NCBI GenBank assembly: GCA_965655095.1
Contig: OZ296652.1
Span: 21,204,001 to 21,268,000 of the forward strand
Length of the DNA: 64,000 bases
Direction: 5' to 3'
Origin: Haplodiscus bocki
Taxonomy: Eukaryota
The notes under the pieces are model-generated. The model was not told the origin of the DNA. It worked only from the letters and a program-made list of their open reading frames with translations, and searched no databases. Each line of letters begins with the position of its first letter. Positions within the stretch are counted from its first letter, which is position 1. Below, one piece after another: positions 52,466-64,000 of the stretch. The translations under genes were made by a program, and so were the position numbers.

Positions 52466-55400
52466 ATCATCAAAATTATTGGTCACTTTTTCTAAATTTG
52501 TTTAGATCCACATTTTTACTACGCTAAAATCTGTGTGCTAATGCCTAGCATCCTTGATGCCTATGTTTTTCTAAATCTTTATTGTTACACATCGCAGCCG
52601 AAAATATTCGACATTGACGGAACACACGAGTTTTTTCAAGACAGCTGTAGTCTAAATTGGAGAGTTGAAATTGTTGCTTTTCCTTGGCCAAGCACTTACA
52701 TTACCTAGCAAGGGGGTGTCAAATCTGGCGAAGAATGAAGCTGCATCATAACAGTTTGGACAAGTTTTTGGAGAACTGAATCTTTCTTGTTTCGAACAAC
52801 TTCTTAAAAGAGTCCAGCGGGAAGATAAGTCACATAACGCTTGCATTGCACTTGAAAATTAAATGGGTATTTAATTCAGCTACAAAATACTAGTTTTAGG
52901 TTGAGTTGCGATTTATTCTAAAAAAATTGAAAATTCGATTTTTTTGAGCATTTTTGGATACTTAATCATATTCGAAGTTCTAAATACTTGCACTGCACAT
53001 AGCTGTCCAATAAGTGATTCACAAGGCTGATCAGAACCTCACAAAGAAGGGTTCTATATACATATAACTATTGAAATTTAGGTGGTAGCCTTGAAACTTT
53101 CCCGAGGTGTTTTTTTCCCGAAAGAATCAAGGAACTCCATTTTTGAGATTACTTAGTCCTGTTCGATAGTCTATGTTTCACTGATGTTCCCAATTCTAGT
53201 GTTTTTCACATAACCATAAAAAAGCTCTGTCATCTGATAGATTTTGGTTGTGTTCCAACTTTAAGGCTTAAGAAACTATGCTTGGCCAAATCCCATGAAG
53301 TTTTCGGCATTTCGTGCAGGCTTTAACGGGGGGCCTGGGAGCTCATTTTTTAATTGACAATTGAACGTGACACTTTGGCTTGCAATCCAATCATTTTGAG
53401 ATTTCATGCCCATAAAAAACTTCCAAAAATGTCAAGTGATCGTTCTTATGCTTTTTTGGAAGGTCACTTCTTGAAAATTCGTCTTTAAGCTGTAAAAGCA
53501 CGGAGGAACAGTCTCCATGCTCAACTTTATCCCCTATCAATTTTTTTTCGCCCAGGCTATAGTTTGGCAAAGAAGATCATTTTTTTATCATTAATTTTAC
53601 TAAAAAGACCAGTACTTAGTTTTTTAAGACCGGAAGGCTCAAATGTTTTGACGTTCTTTCAAAGAAAATGCTTCCTTACTTGGAACTTATCTCTCGTGCT
53701 GGAAGTCAGCTTCAACAGTAAGTAACAGGGACCCTAAAAACTATTATTAACCGAAAATTTTACACAAAAACTCTTTTTTAAAAAAATACAAATTTTTCGT
53801 GATACCCCTTTCTATTTGAACCTATTTCAGAAAAGGTGTACCAAAAATGAGGATCCAAAAATTGGATTTGAGACTCTCGAGCGTATCATATAGTAAAGGG
53901 TATTACGTGCACTTTTAGGCACTGAAATGAACTTTTAACCAAGGTTTAATAAAATGTAATTTTCAATTTTTTGTCTTGAGAACGAAAGCTTCACGAACAA
54001 AGCCTCCCAATGGATATATTCCGGTCCTTATTGGCGGCGCCTGCTTCGGCAGTTTCCGGCTTGTAAGACCGGCATTTTTAGTGGTTCCGGTATCTTTATC
54101 AGTGTTTTCTGGGAAGCTCGGTGTGGTTGTTATTTGACAAGGCACTGGTTTGATCGTTTTCCAAAAAATGTTTCTCCGAGAACTTCGCGCTGAGTTTGGA
54201 CGTCAGATTTTCGAGAACACTTGAATCCTGAAAAACTGAATTTCTAGCAGCTTTTTTCTATGTTGGAGCCAATGATACAAATATTGCCTATTTGGAATGG
54301 CGAGTCAATCAGTCGTTTGTGTTTTGTGAATTTTGATTTGCTTGAAAAGTTGTGGCCTTGTCTTTGATTCTTTAGAATCCAAAAATTGAGTGAAATTCCA
54401 GGAGAGTCCTTTATATCCGTAGTTTTGGATCAAACTCTTCAGACAACAAATTCTTCAGACAACAAAAAGGATATTTTCGGTTCCTGTGCCTAAAATTTGA
54501 CTTCATACCCCTTTCGGAGGGTTCACTCGAGAATTATTTTGTTTCGATGCTTCAGCTCGTTAGGGACTGATTTGAGAAAAATGAATTTTTTGAATGTTTT
54601 AAAATTAACCAACTTTGTTCTCGTAAATTGAACCAAAAGAACCAAACAGTGCCTTGCAACACTTGGTGACAGTTATTGCGAATTCTAACAGACAGTTATC
54701 AAATTATGTTTAAGGTTATGGTCACATCAGAACTAACGAGAGTCAGCAGAGTTTGCGGTTCCTTTCGCTTTATATTCAAAGATTTACTGAAGATGACTCG
54801 TTTCCTCAGAGCTTTCAAATTTAAACGGATGCACGCAAAATAGCTGGAATCTGAACATTAGTTTTTGAGATTTTTCGTATCAGGCAACATATTTCGAGGA
54901 AATCACTTTGAAGGAAAAGTTCAAATGAAACTTCAATTTTTCCAGTACAGTGTAAAACATTTCGTTGAAAAAAACCAACTTTGACAATATGAATAGTTTC
55001 GAAGTACAACATACAATTAAATCAAATACATCAAAATAGATGAAAGGCCTTGATAACGTTTTTTTAAGAAGCTTCTGGCGAAAACAAAAACTTGGTTCAC
55101 TATTGAGGCTTTTTTTTCAAAAAAATGAATATGAATATCCCGGTTACTCCAAAGACCCTCCGGACAGGCAATAGTCGAATTACAAGGAACATTCAAGATC
55201 CAGCCAAAGTTCATTCAAGAAAAACAAAGAGCTACGAAAAGAAAAGCATCTGCGATTTATCAAATACAAATAGAAATTTATCGCGGTAAAAGAAACGAAG
55301 CACCACAATAACTTCCTAACGAAAATTGCAGGTAGGAAACATCCAATTTACAGCTGAATTGATGCAATCGAATTGATACAGTTGAATGACGCAAGTTTGA

Positions 55401-55681
55401 ATGTCATAGGTTTTCAAATTAAAAGTCAACGACAAAATTGAAACGTTGATCTTTGCAATTCTAGTGGAACTCAGTAGCTAAAAGTTTGGATTAGCCCTGA
55501 TCGGATGCGATTGATCAATGATTTTTTCTTTGAAAAACAATCTTGAAAAAAAAGAACAAGTGTCACAGCACACCTGCGAAACCTGCGGTCAACCCCTACC
55601 AGCAAAAAAGACACCAATGCTCAGAGTAAACACAGACTCTTAGACTTTCATTTATATTTCAAATAAAATTTTATACATACT

Positions 55682-57096
55682 TGTAACTAGTGTACATACA
55701 TACTGGTACGTATTTATACGGAACCAAAAAGATCCAGACTAGGACGGAAAAGCTATGGAACAGACGAGTATTCATAGAGTATCTTTACTTAAAAGGTGCT
55801 TTTTTTGTATTATTTTTTAAATGTTTGTTCCGTACATGTTCCGTCGCTACTAGTCTGGTGACGTCACTTTCATTCTTATAGCTATACTGCGCTGCAGTGT
55901 TGTGGTGAAAATGGAGTGATTCCGCATTCACTCCTCACTTGAGCACAGCCCGCCTCATTTCTACTGCTACTACTAGTGAATACGGAATTATCCGGAAACC
56001 ACTAGTCGCTACTCCTACGAATGAGGAGTAAACTAGTAGTGCTACTACTACTACAAAGAGTAAAGACTTATGAACTACTGTAGTTGAAGGTGAAATGTAC
56101 ACGAAGGTGATGATTATTTGTACTTTTTATTCCATTTTCTCATTTTGTATATCATACCATCCAATATTACTCCCTTTATACTAAAGATTTGCATTTTGTA
56201 GTTTTATTTTTGTTTTTTTGATAAAAGAAATATTTGATTTTTCCATTTATGGATCATACATTTATTGAGCTTCTAAATAAAATGTTGGTGCGGGGAAAAA
56301 CATTTTGATGTCCATCTGTGACGGATTAGGTCCGCCCATTTTCTGTCGAAAGATGGAAAGGACGCGTCCTATGAGGGAAGAGATGAATGGAAAAGTTGTT
56401 TATCTCCCACCAGAGTCGGCATTCCGACTTTGATTTATCAGTAAAGCAAGCACTTTTCCTTTTTTGTATTTTGACTTGGCGTGTAAACAATTATGTTTTG
56501 CGCAAAGGAAAAGGCATAAATAGGAGAAATGAAAGTACAAAACAGAGCACTTGTTGTTGTATTTCAGTACTGACGGTATTACCCAAAATAATTTAGTTTC
56601 CCACCTTAATCATTGAAACTGAAAACAAGTTGATTTCCTTCATAAAAAACATTTCAGTATGAATCGCTGTTCATTAGTTTTCCCGTGAAATATGGCAACT
56701 TTGAGAAATAGGCGAAAACTTATAGCCTTCAACAAGGAGAATTGTGAGGAACATTCTAAGAGTAACCTGCCACAAAACTCAAATGTCCCAGATCACAAGA
56801 GGACTATATCACTAAAGTTTATTAGGAAATTGTGGTAAAAGTAACAAAGAAGTTGTCCCAGGAATTTAGCAAGAACGGAGAGCCGCGCATTTTAGGCGCA
56901 CTATCTCATCTCCATGACTTTCTTCTGAACCCACTAATTCAAGGCCACTCCAGAACCGCTCCGGAGACGTCCCGGAACACACTAGGCAGAAACCAAGGAA
57001 CGAATGAGGACGACTCCCAGAGTGATCTTCATCCTGAAGCGAGTGTCTCTCAGAGTCAGACTACACGAAAGTCAGGCCCAGATGACCCTTATGACA
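55682..57096 (+). mobile_element. Solo-LTR-like repeat family B, copy 1 (TG...CA, ~1.4 kb), with a decayed ORF in its 3' part
   Basis: Colinear with 61455-62975 (aaaaggtgct, gttccgtcg, gacggattagg, ccagagtcggcatt, ORF ...KKLSQEFS...RILGAL...NEDDSQ.D.HPEA). Starts tgtaac and ends tgaca. Confidence 0.75.
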
Positions 57097-57099
57097 AGA

Positions 57100-57830
57100 A
57101 CGTTTTGTTGTCCGAACTATTGCTAGAAGTATGTTCCGAATGAATTTCAAATTTGTGCCAATGCAGTTTGGAAGCCAAGTTTGGCGCCAGGCCGCGTGAA
57201 GAAATTTTTGACAAGCCGAGTAGCCAGGTGATCAACTTTTAACTTGTGGAAACGCACACTAAACCCGCAAGTATGGTTATTCTGTTTACGACAAAAAACT
57301 GGAGAATTGTACCACAATTTGCTTGGTCACTCGTGTAGTACGGAAATGGAGTTGTATCTTGCAAAACTTGCGAAGCCAAATCGACTTCCGACAGACAATT
57401 ATCAAAACAACTTTGGGTTAGAGTGGCTTCGCAACAGTGTTTAAAGCAAATCCAACGAAGACCAGCAAAGTTTTGGTATTCGAGTTGAGCTTCATTCTTG
57501 TTCAAACAAAATTTACCCAATCAGTCATTAGAAATTTCGATTTTGGATTGATCTACACGCATTGACTGACATCTGATTAATAGTTTTGGAGAACACTTCC
57601 GAACAAAATTGCAACATTTCAAGAGAGTTTCATTGGAAGAAAGATGCAATTAAAAATATCATCCAAATTTTCCTTTTTGAGTTGACATATTTGGCAATAA
57701 AAGCATAGATCAGGACATCCGGTTTGACTCAAATGCCATCCAGTTACTGTTTGGTCGATTTTTGGTGAACCAAAAACGTCAGCCAAGCATTCTTTCAAGA
57801 CAACATGTTCGACAAACGACGGAAGTGAAG
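57100..57830 (-). pseudogene. Possible decayed BTB/BACK-like coding fragment
   Basis: The joined minus-strand frames KKENLDDIF...ETLLKCCNFV...EYQNFAGLRWI...CLSEVDL weakly resemble a BTB end plus BACK pattern. Contains stops. Confidence 0.25.
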
Positions 57831-60800
57831 AGGTCTATGATTTTTCAATTACAAGTGAACAATTTTTTTATTAAAAGTCATTAAAGGTTCTGCACAACCA
57901 ATGGGAACTCCAGTTAGTGAATAGCAGAATTGGGGCTGAGTGCACGCAATCTAACGTTTGTTTACCTGTTGAACTCATAAAGAAGAAAAACAAACAAAAT
58001 AATTGTTCATTTTGAAACTACAATTAAAAAGTTCTCATTACCATCTATGAAACAAATAATCCTTGACACTTCACAGGAACCTAAGTCGCAGGAAACAAAT
58101 CAGTGCTAGACGCGCAAAATCTGACCACTAGTCTACAGGAAAAAAGTTTTGACGAAGATTGCGTCTTAAAATATCTTTGTTTTTCAAATTGCGAGTGTAA
58201 AGTTTTCTTTATACGACTATTTAAAACATAAATCTTTGCTACCGGAAAAGACGTATACGTAAAGAAACTATTCAAAAGGAATATGACTTCATAGGACTGC
58301 TACATAGTGAGATTTTATATTAAAGGTGGTTGAATGCAATCTCGCCATTTTCTTCAGAAAAATTTCTGAGGATTAATGCAAGTAGAACCATCGTTGGGTT
58401 TCCGGATACAAGTTGAAGGTTTTGTGATGAATTTATGCAACAATTGATCTCTGCCACTTGCTAATTTGGAAAATTTTTCAGAGGCAGCTGAAAATCGAAT
58501 TGAAGCTAAAGTGACTCAGTGCGATAAACAATTTTCAAGGGACGCAGATTCGATGGCAGATGCGACAATTCTTTTTTTTTGAAATATAGTTGAAGTTATT
58601 CCCCCGAAATGATACAAATATACAGCTACACAGTCAAACCTTTAAGTTGCATGTATCGAGAATAGCGTAGGATTGAAGGCAACCAGTAATTAATGTGGAG
58701 GGTAATTTTTTCGATGAAGATACACGCCATTGTTGAATTTCAACATAAAACTTGCTCTAAATTTGGACGTCGTTGCTGAAAATGCCAAGGCAGAATGCTT
58801 GGAAAAAAAACTTGAGGAAATATTTGACAAAAAGCGAGATGGAAAAAACAAGAACGCTTATGTTGGGAGCGGAGTTGTAGCAAAAAGAAAACAAAAGCCG
58901 TCTGTAGCGCGCTGCGCTTCGCTTCGCTCGCTTTGCTTGATTGCTCGTGCAAATAGTATTTGGTCACTATTTTGGAAGATTTTCAGTATTTAGCGCTTTT
59001 TTCCACCCTTTATACAAACACTCGTGCTCAGCTCACTCTCTGTACGTTTCAAAAAATTTTCGACAAAAGGTTGCGAAGTTTTCAATGCAACATTTTCTCG
59101 CAATTGTGGTGAGACCGATGGGGCTTGGAATCTGGGCCTCAACGTGCCCGTACAGAGATTCCAGTGCAATTCACCGATGGTCATGACATTCCAAGGGGGC
59201 CCCATCGATGGTGATGGCGATACCATGTCGACCATCCCTGGCCAGCGATGGTTCGCCAATGGTCTACCGCTGATGATGAAAAAAATTCTGAAAACTTCGT
59301 CCAAGTTGAGAAATTGCATGTTCATGTGGTGAAAAGATGAAAGTAAAATAAAACAATGAAACCGAAAAAAGAGTGATGGAGTTTTAAATGCCCAATTTTC
59401 TAACAATGGCTTTTTCCAAGGTGTTTAACATCGGACCCTGGAATGTACGCGGAGTAATGCCAAAACTCGACGACATCGAAGTAGTCTTTGCGCGAAAAAA
59501 TGTTGACATCTGCTGAATTCAAGAATCAAAAACACACTCAGTTGAACAAAATAAAAAAAATTAAAACAATAGAAAGACAAATTCAAATCTAAATCAACAC
59601 CAACTGGAGTCAAATATTCAGAATTAAAAAGAAACAATGTGAACTATCTATCATTAATGTTCATGCCCCCCGCCACATGGGAAAAACATCCTCCCAAGAA
59701 AAAACCTCCCTAAATGTTGATTTTAACAATGATCTCCAAAAAACTATGAAAGGATTCTATTATCCGAAACTAACGTAGCTGGAATTATGCTTCGGGAATA
59801 ATGTCTAAAGTTTTAGATAATATTCCTGTTTTTCGATACCTGTTTCTGAGAATATTATCAAGTTTTAATTCCTATTCTGGTTTCTGAATACGTGTTTTTG
59901 GGAATATTAGATAATATTATTGTTTTCTGACGCCTGTTTCTGTGTGTTTTTTGAGTTTTTCAGAGCGTCATCGACTATAAAAAAGAGGAGTGCAGTTGTA
60001 AAGTATCCACCATTTTTGTTGTGATGGTTATATGTATTCAGAAATAAAGAATACATTTTTGGCAATTCTGACGTTTTTCTTAAATTTGTGACTTTTCGAT
60101 TTTAGATATTATTCCGGTATTTGAGACTATAAAATTATTCCCTTAGATATTTTTCCCGATAGGTGACTATTCAGCGCGTAGAATTTAAACAAAACTATTC
60201 AAGACGCCGAAATTAAAATGGGTCAATCAGTGAGCCGAAAATCTGTAGACTATTTATCGTGCCCAAAATTAGTATCAGAGTAGTCATTGCGCCAAAAAAT
60301 TTCGAAGGGTTCAAAGCGTCGAAATTTCTATAGAAGAATCGAAAAACGTCCTGTTTGCAAACTTGTTTATTTTTGATCGGAGCTGTTTCCTCTATTTCGA
60401 AAACTCGAATCGGGTAAACTCAAGGATGGGTAGAATCAAATTAATTTTCGTTTTTCATTGAACATTTTTTTGTCTACCCCCCCCCCCCCGCCCCCGCCAC
60501 ACTTTCCCCTCAACCAATCCCCACCCCCTCACATTTCCTCAGCCTTTCTTTTCAACAACCTTGGAGAAACAAGGGGGGGATTGGATTGGAGAAAGAATGG
60601 GGGAGTGAGGAATGAAAGAGGCAATATTCTAGATCTCCACTCTTTCTCCCCACTTTTTTCTCAACCCACCCCTAAATAAATTCAAAAAAACCAAAAAAAA
60701 TCAAAATAATTATCTACCCCCCCGTTGTTTCTTCTATCCCCCCTCACTTACAATTGGGTGAATTGGAGAAGTGGGGCAAAGCTAATTTTTTATTTTGATA

Positions 60801-61454
60801 TTATTATTTTGACTCAACCATTTGGAAAATTTTATTCTTTTTTAGATATTATTCCGTTTTAGTTCCTTTTCCATTTCAGATGCTATAACATTTATCAATA
60901 GGAAAAACATTGATAGAGATGTCTATGTGGGGTTTTAGAACTTTTTCCGATCCAGGGTTTCATGATTGTTTTCGATTTTTCAGATCTGTTGATTTGAATA
61001 AAGATGCAAAGAGATGTCTCAACGCCCTTCACCTCAACCTCAGTTGCACGTGGAATTGGTCAATGGCAATTGTTTGGGCCTTTTTAGCTGATTTATGTGC
61101 GATAATGTGTGTCAAAAAGTCGAAACTCCACCAATACAAGCCATCAAATTGACATTTTTTGTATCTTTCTCGTGGTTACGTTCTTGAGATAGATGTTTTT
61201 CATTCAATATTTGAACACATTTGTAAAAAAAGCATTTCATTTCCGATTCTTCATTGAAATTTGAGTGTTTCCATGCTACATTTTTTCTCTAAGTTTTTCG
61301 GATTCCAGTCTAAGTTCACTACCTGTCGCAGTATACTTGCGAAGCCTGCGGATTAGAGCTGCAGAAGAACAGAACATTCCCAGACCCTCAAGGGAATTGA
61401 TGAGTTGTAAGTAAAACACAAAAACCTAATGTTTCATATTTATCCTAATTTCGA

Positions 61455-62975
61455 TGTTACTGATCCGTATCATATACGGATCACCCTATTGAACTGATCC
61501 GGACTAATACGGAACCGTTACGGAACAAACGGATATTGACAGAGCTTTTCATTCTAAAAGGTGCTACATTTGTATTAACTTATTCATTTTATTTGATTTA
61601 CATCCACGTTTTGAGTGTGATTAGCTTGGCTTACTGAGCTAAAGTGCTATCAAATTGACTCTCGGAGTGAATATTTGTTCCGTACGTGTTCCGTCGTCAC
61701 TAGCCTGGTGACGTCACAACCATTTTTATAGTTATGTTGTGCTACAGTGCTATGGTGAATACGGAGTGACTCCGGATTAACTCCTAATTTGAGCACGGCT
61801 GACTGAATTGAAACTAGTACTACTAGTGGCTACGGAGCTGTTCCGGATGCCACTAGTAGCGCTGACTGAATTGAAGCTAGTACTACTAGTGGCTACGGAA
61901 CTGTTCCGAATACCACTAGTAGCTACTAGTCGGAACGAGGAGTAAACTAGTAGTGATACTAGTTTCTCCTCATTTCCAAAAGACTTAGAGACTAAATAAT
62001 CAAGTGATGATGAAATGAACATGAAAATGATGAGTAAATGTATTTTTGTACCAAAGTCATGTATTTCATATTTTATTTTAATTTCTTTATTTTCCAATTT
62101 AAGTTATTTTATTTTCCTTTCCCAATTAAAGAAATTAGTATACCAAGACTGTAAACAGCATGTCGGCGCGGGAATAAACGCTTTGATGTCCATCTTCGAC
62201 GGATTAGGACCGTCCATTTTCTGTCGAAAGATGGAAAAAGCGCGTCCTATGATGGAAGAGATGGATGGAAAAGTTGTTTGTTTCCCGCCAGAGTCGGCAT
62301 TTCTAACTTTGATGTTATACTTTTAGACAGTACGTTTCCCTATTTGTACTTTGACTTGGCGTGTAAACAACTATGTTTCCCGCCAGGAAAAGGTATAAAT
62401 AGGAGGAATGAAAGTACAAGACACAATTTTATTTTCTGGTGAAGTACTGATGATAATATTCCAGTACTGTAAAACTTCCTTCACTGTATCTGTTGTAACT
62501 GTTAAAATTGAATTGATTTCCTCGTTCAACAAAATAATCAAGTATTACTGACTGATCATTACTTTTCCGTAAGAGATGATATCTCGAAACAAGAGAAAGT
62601 TGGCAGCGTTGAATAAGGAGAACTGTGAAGAACATCCTAGGAGCAACTTGGCATAAAACTCGAATGCTCCTAGATCGCAGGAAGACTACATAACTCAAGT
62701 TTCTGAGGATATTGAGGGAAGGGTCACAAAAAGGTTGTCAAAGGAGTTCAGTAGAATAGAAAATCGCATACTAGGCGCCTTAGCACGTCTCGACGATTTT
62801 CTCATGAACCCGATACTACAGGGCCGCTCCGGAGCCACTCCGGAGGCCTCTAAGGACCCATTGAGTACAAGCCAGGGAACGAATGAAAACGACTCCCAGA
62901 ATGATCCTCATCCTGAAGCGGGCCTCTCCCACAGCCAGATAACGCAAAACTCTGGCCCAGAAGAAGGCCACTACA
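61455..62975 (+). mobile_element. Solo-LTR-like repeat family B, copy 2 (~1.5 kb), with an internal 63-bp tandem duplication at ~61798-61923
   Basis: Starts tgttac and ends ctaca. ORF 62735-63007 is paralogous to 56832-57143. Confidence 0.75.
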
Positions 62976-62979
62976 CTAC

Positions 62980-63185
62980 CACTATTTTACCGGTTGAACG
63001 CCGTTAACGCTGCTATTTTACCGGTTGAACGCCGTTAACGCCGCTGTTTTTCTGGTTGAATGCCGTTAACGCCGCTATTTTTCCTGTTCAACGCCGTTAA
63101 CGCCGCTATTTCCAGTTAAACGCCGTTAACGCCGCTATTTTTCCGCTTAAACGCCGTTAACGCTGCTACTTTGCCGGTTAATAAC
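62980..63185 (+). repeat. ~31-bp minisatellite, ~6.5 copies
   Basis: Unit ctattttaccggttgaacgccgttaacgc(c/t)g. Confidence 0.92.
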
Positions 63186-63242
63186 GGCTTCTGTGGCTAA
63201 TTTTAGCCGCCGTTAACGCTTTTATACCGGAAAAATTTCGGT

Positions 63243-63308
63243 CAATTTCTGCTCGGGATTAACCCATTTAAAGTATACTTTAAATAGGTTAATCCCGAGC
63301 AGAAATTG
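63243..63308. repeat. 66-bp spacerless palindrome with one mismatch
   Basis: caatttctgctcgggattaacccatttaaagta|tactttaaataggttaatcccgagcagaaattg. Confidence 0.95.
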
Positions 63309-64000
63309 GCCTCATTGCAGCTCAACCTCTCAAAAAATGTTGCTTAGTTGTTATGTATTTCGATGTCGTTTGCGTTGTTAATGTTGAGCAAAGAATACTG
63401 TTTCATTTTCCTTGCTCTATATCGTACAATCAATAACAATCTGTTTCCATTCCTAACAACAATATATCGGGCAATATTGCATTGCTATAAATCATTGTGG
63501 GAGCTTTATTTAATTTCGAGAGGTTCTCAGGTGAGATCCGACGGATATTTACCCAGTTAAAGCTGCATTAATATTGCGTCGGAAATCATCTGTTTTAGTC
63601 CATCCTACTGAAGGTTAGCTGTTGTAGTCGTAATTATAAGGCTGGAGTGCATATTTGTTTGGGTCACAATGAACTCCCAAAATGTTTATATAGCAATGTC
63701 AAGTACGCGTTTTATGAAACAAAGGTGTAACTTTGCCTTAGTAGATCGAAAAAATAAGGAAGTAACTTGTTTTGGCAAGGAAATGAGGTTCTTGTTTTGA
63801 TCATCCTATGATGAAAACCGATGAACTTGGAATTCAAGATTTTTAATCTGCAAAATTCTAGTCCATAGATTCTAACCTTCAGATAAGAACCCATGAATTT
63901 TTTCTAGCAGTCAAACTTTCTTTCTGGTACTTTGTTCCTCAGAGTGATGAAAACCGATGCATTTTTTCTAACAGTTGTTGTCATTTTTACTTGAGAGTTT

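Noticed and set aside
58730-59640. ORFs at 58730-59637 as genes
   Set aside because: No domain signature. The region has repeat-like GC hairpin motifs (gcgcttcgc, ccatcgatgg) and is probably TE-derived.
60880-61410. Exon candidates near 60.9-61.4 kb
   Set aside because: Splice-like signals exist, but no consistent frame or product could be established.
62980-63185. CRISPR array
   Set aside because: Head-to-tail units with no unique spacers, no cas genes, and a eukaryotic context.

Overview
AT-rich, intron-containing animal (probably invertebrate) genomic DNA, rich in repeats. I could reconstruct four host genes exon by exon, all on the + strand: a SAFB/SLTM-like gene, NDUFB8, an unusually long endosulfine (ENSA/ARPP19) and UBR7. 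Other content: a ~2.82-kb tandem array of a decayed gene (1-6889), a decayed CR1/L2/Jockey-type LINE with a (TC)n tail, and two decayed envelope-bearing LTR elements. One LTR element is a gag-env element without pol, inside NDUFB8 intron 3. The other is a ~13-kb Gypsy element (gag-PR-RT-RNaseH-Macro-IN-env-accessory region). The best candidate for a new system is this Gypsy element: a TARG1/OARD1-type ADP-ribosylhydrolase macrodomain sits between RNase H and integrase, followed by a furin-cleaved class-I (F-like) fusion protein and extra coding sequence after env. A duplicate of the element's own 3' end plus the UBR7 promoter and most of exon 1 sits where its 5' LTR should be. All identities were judged by eye; no searches were run.
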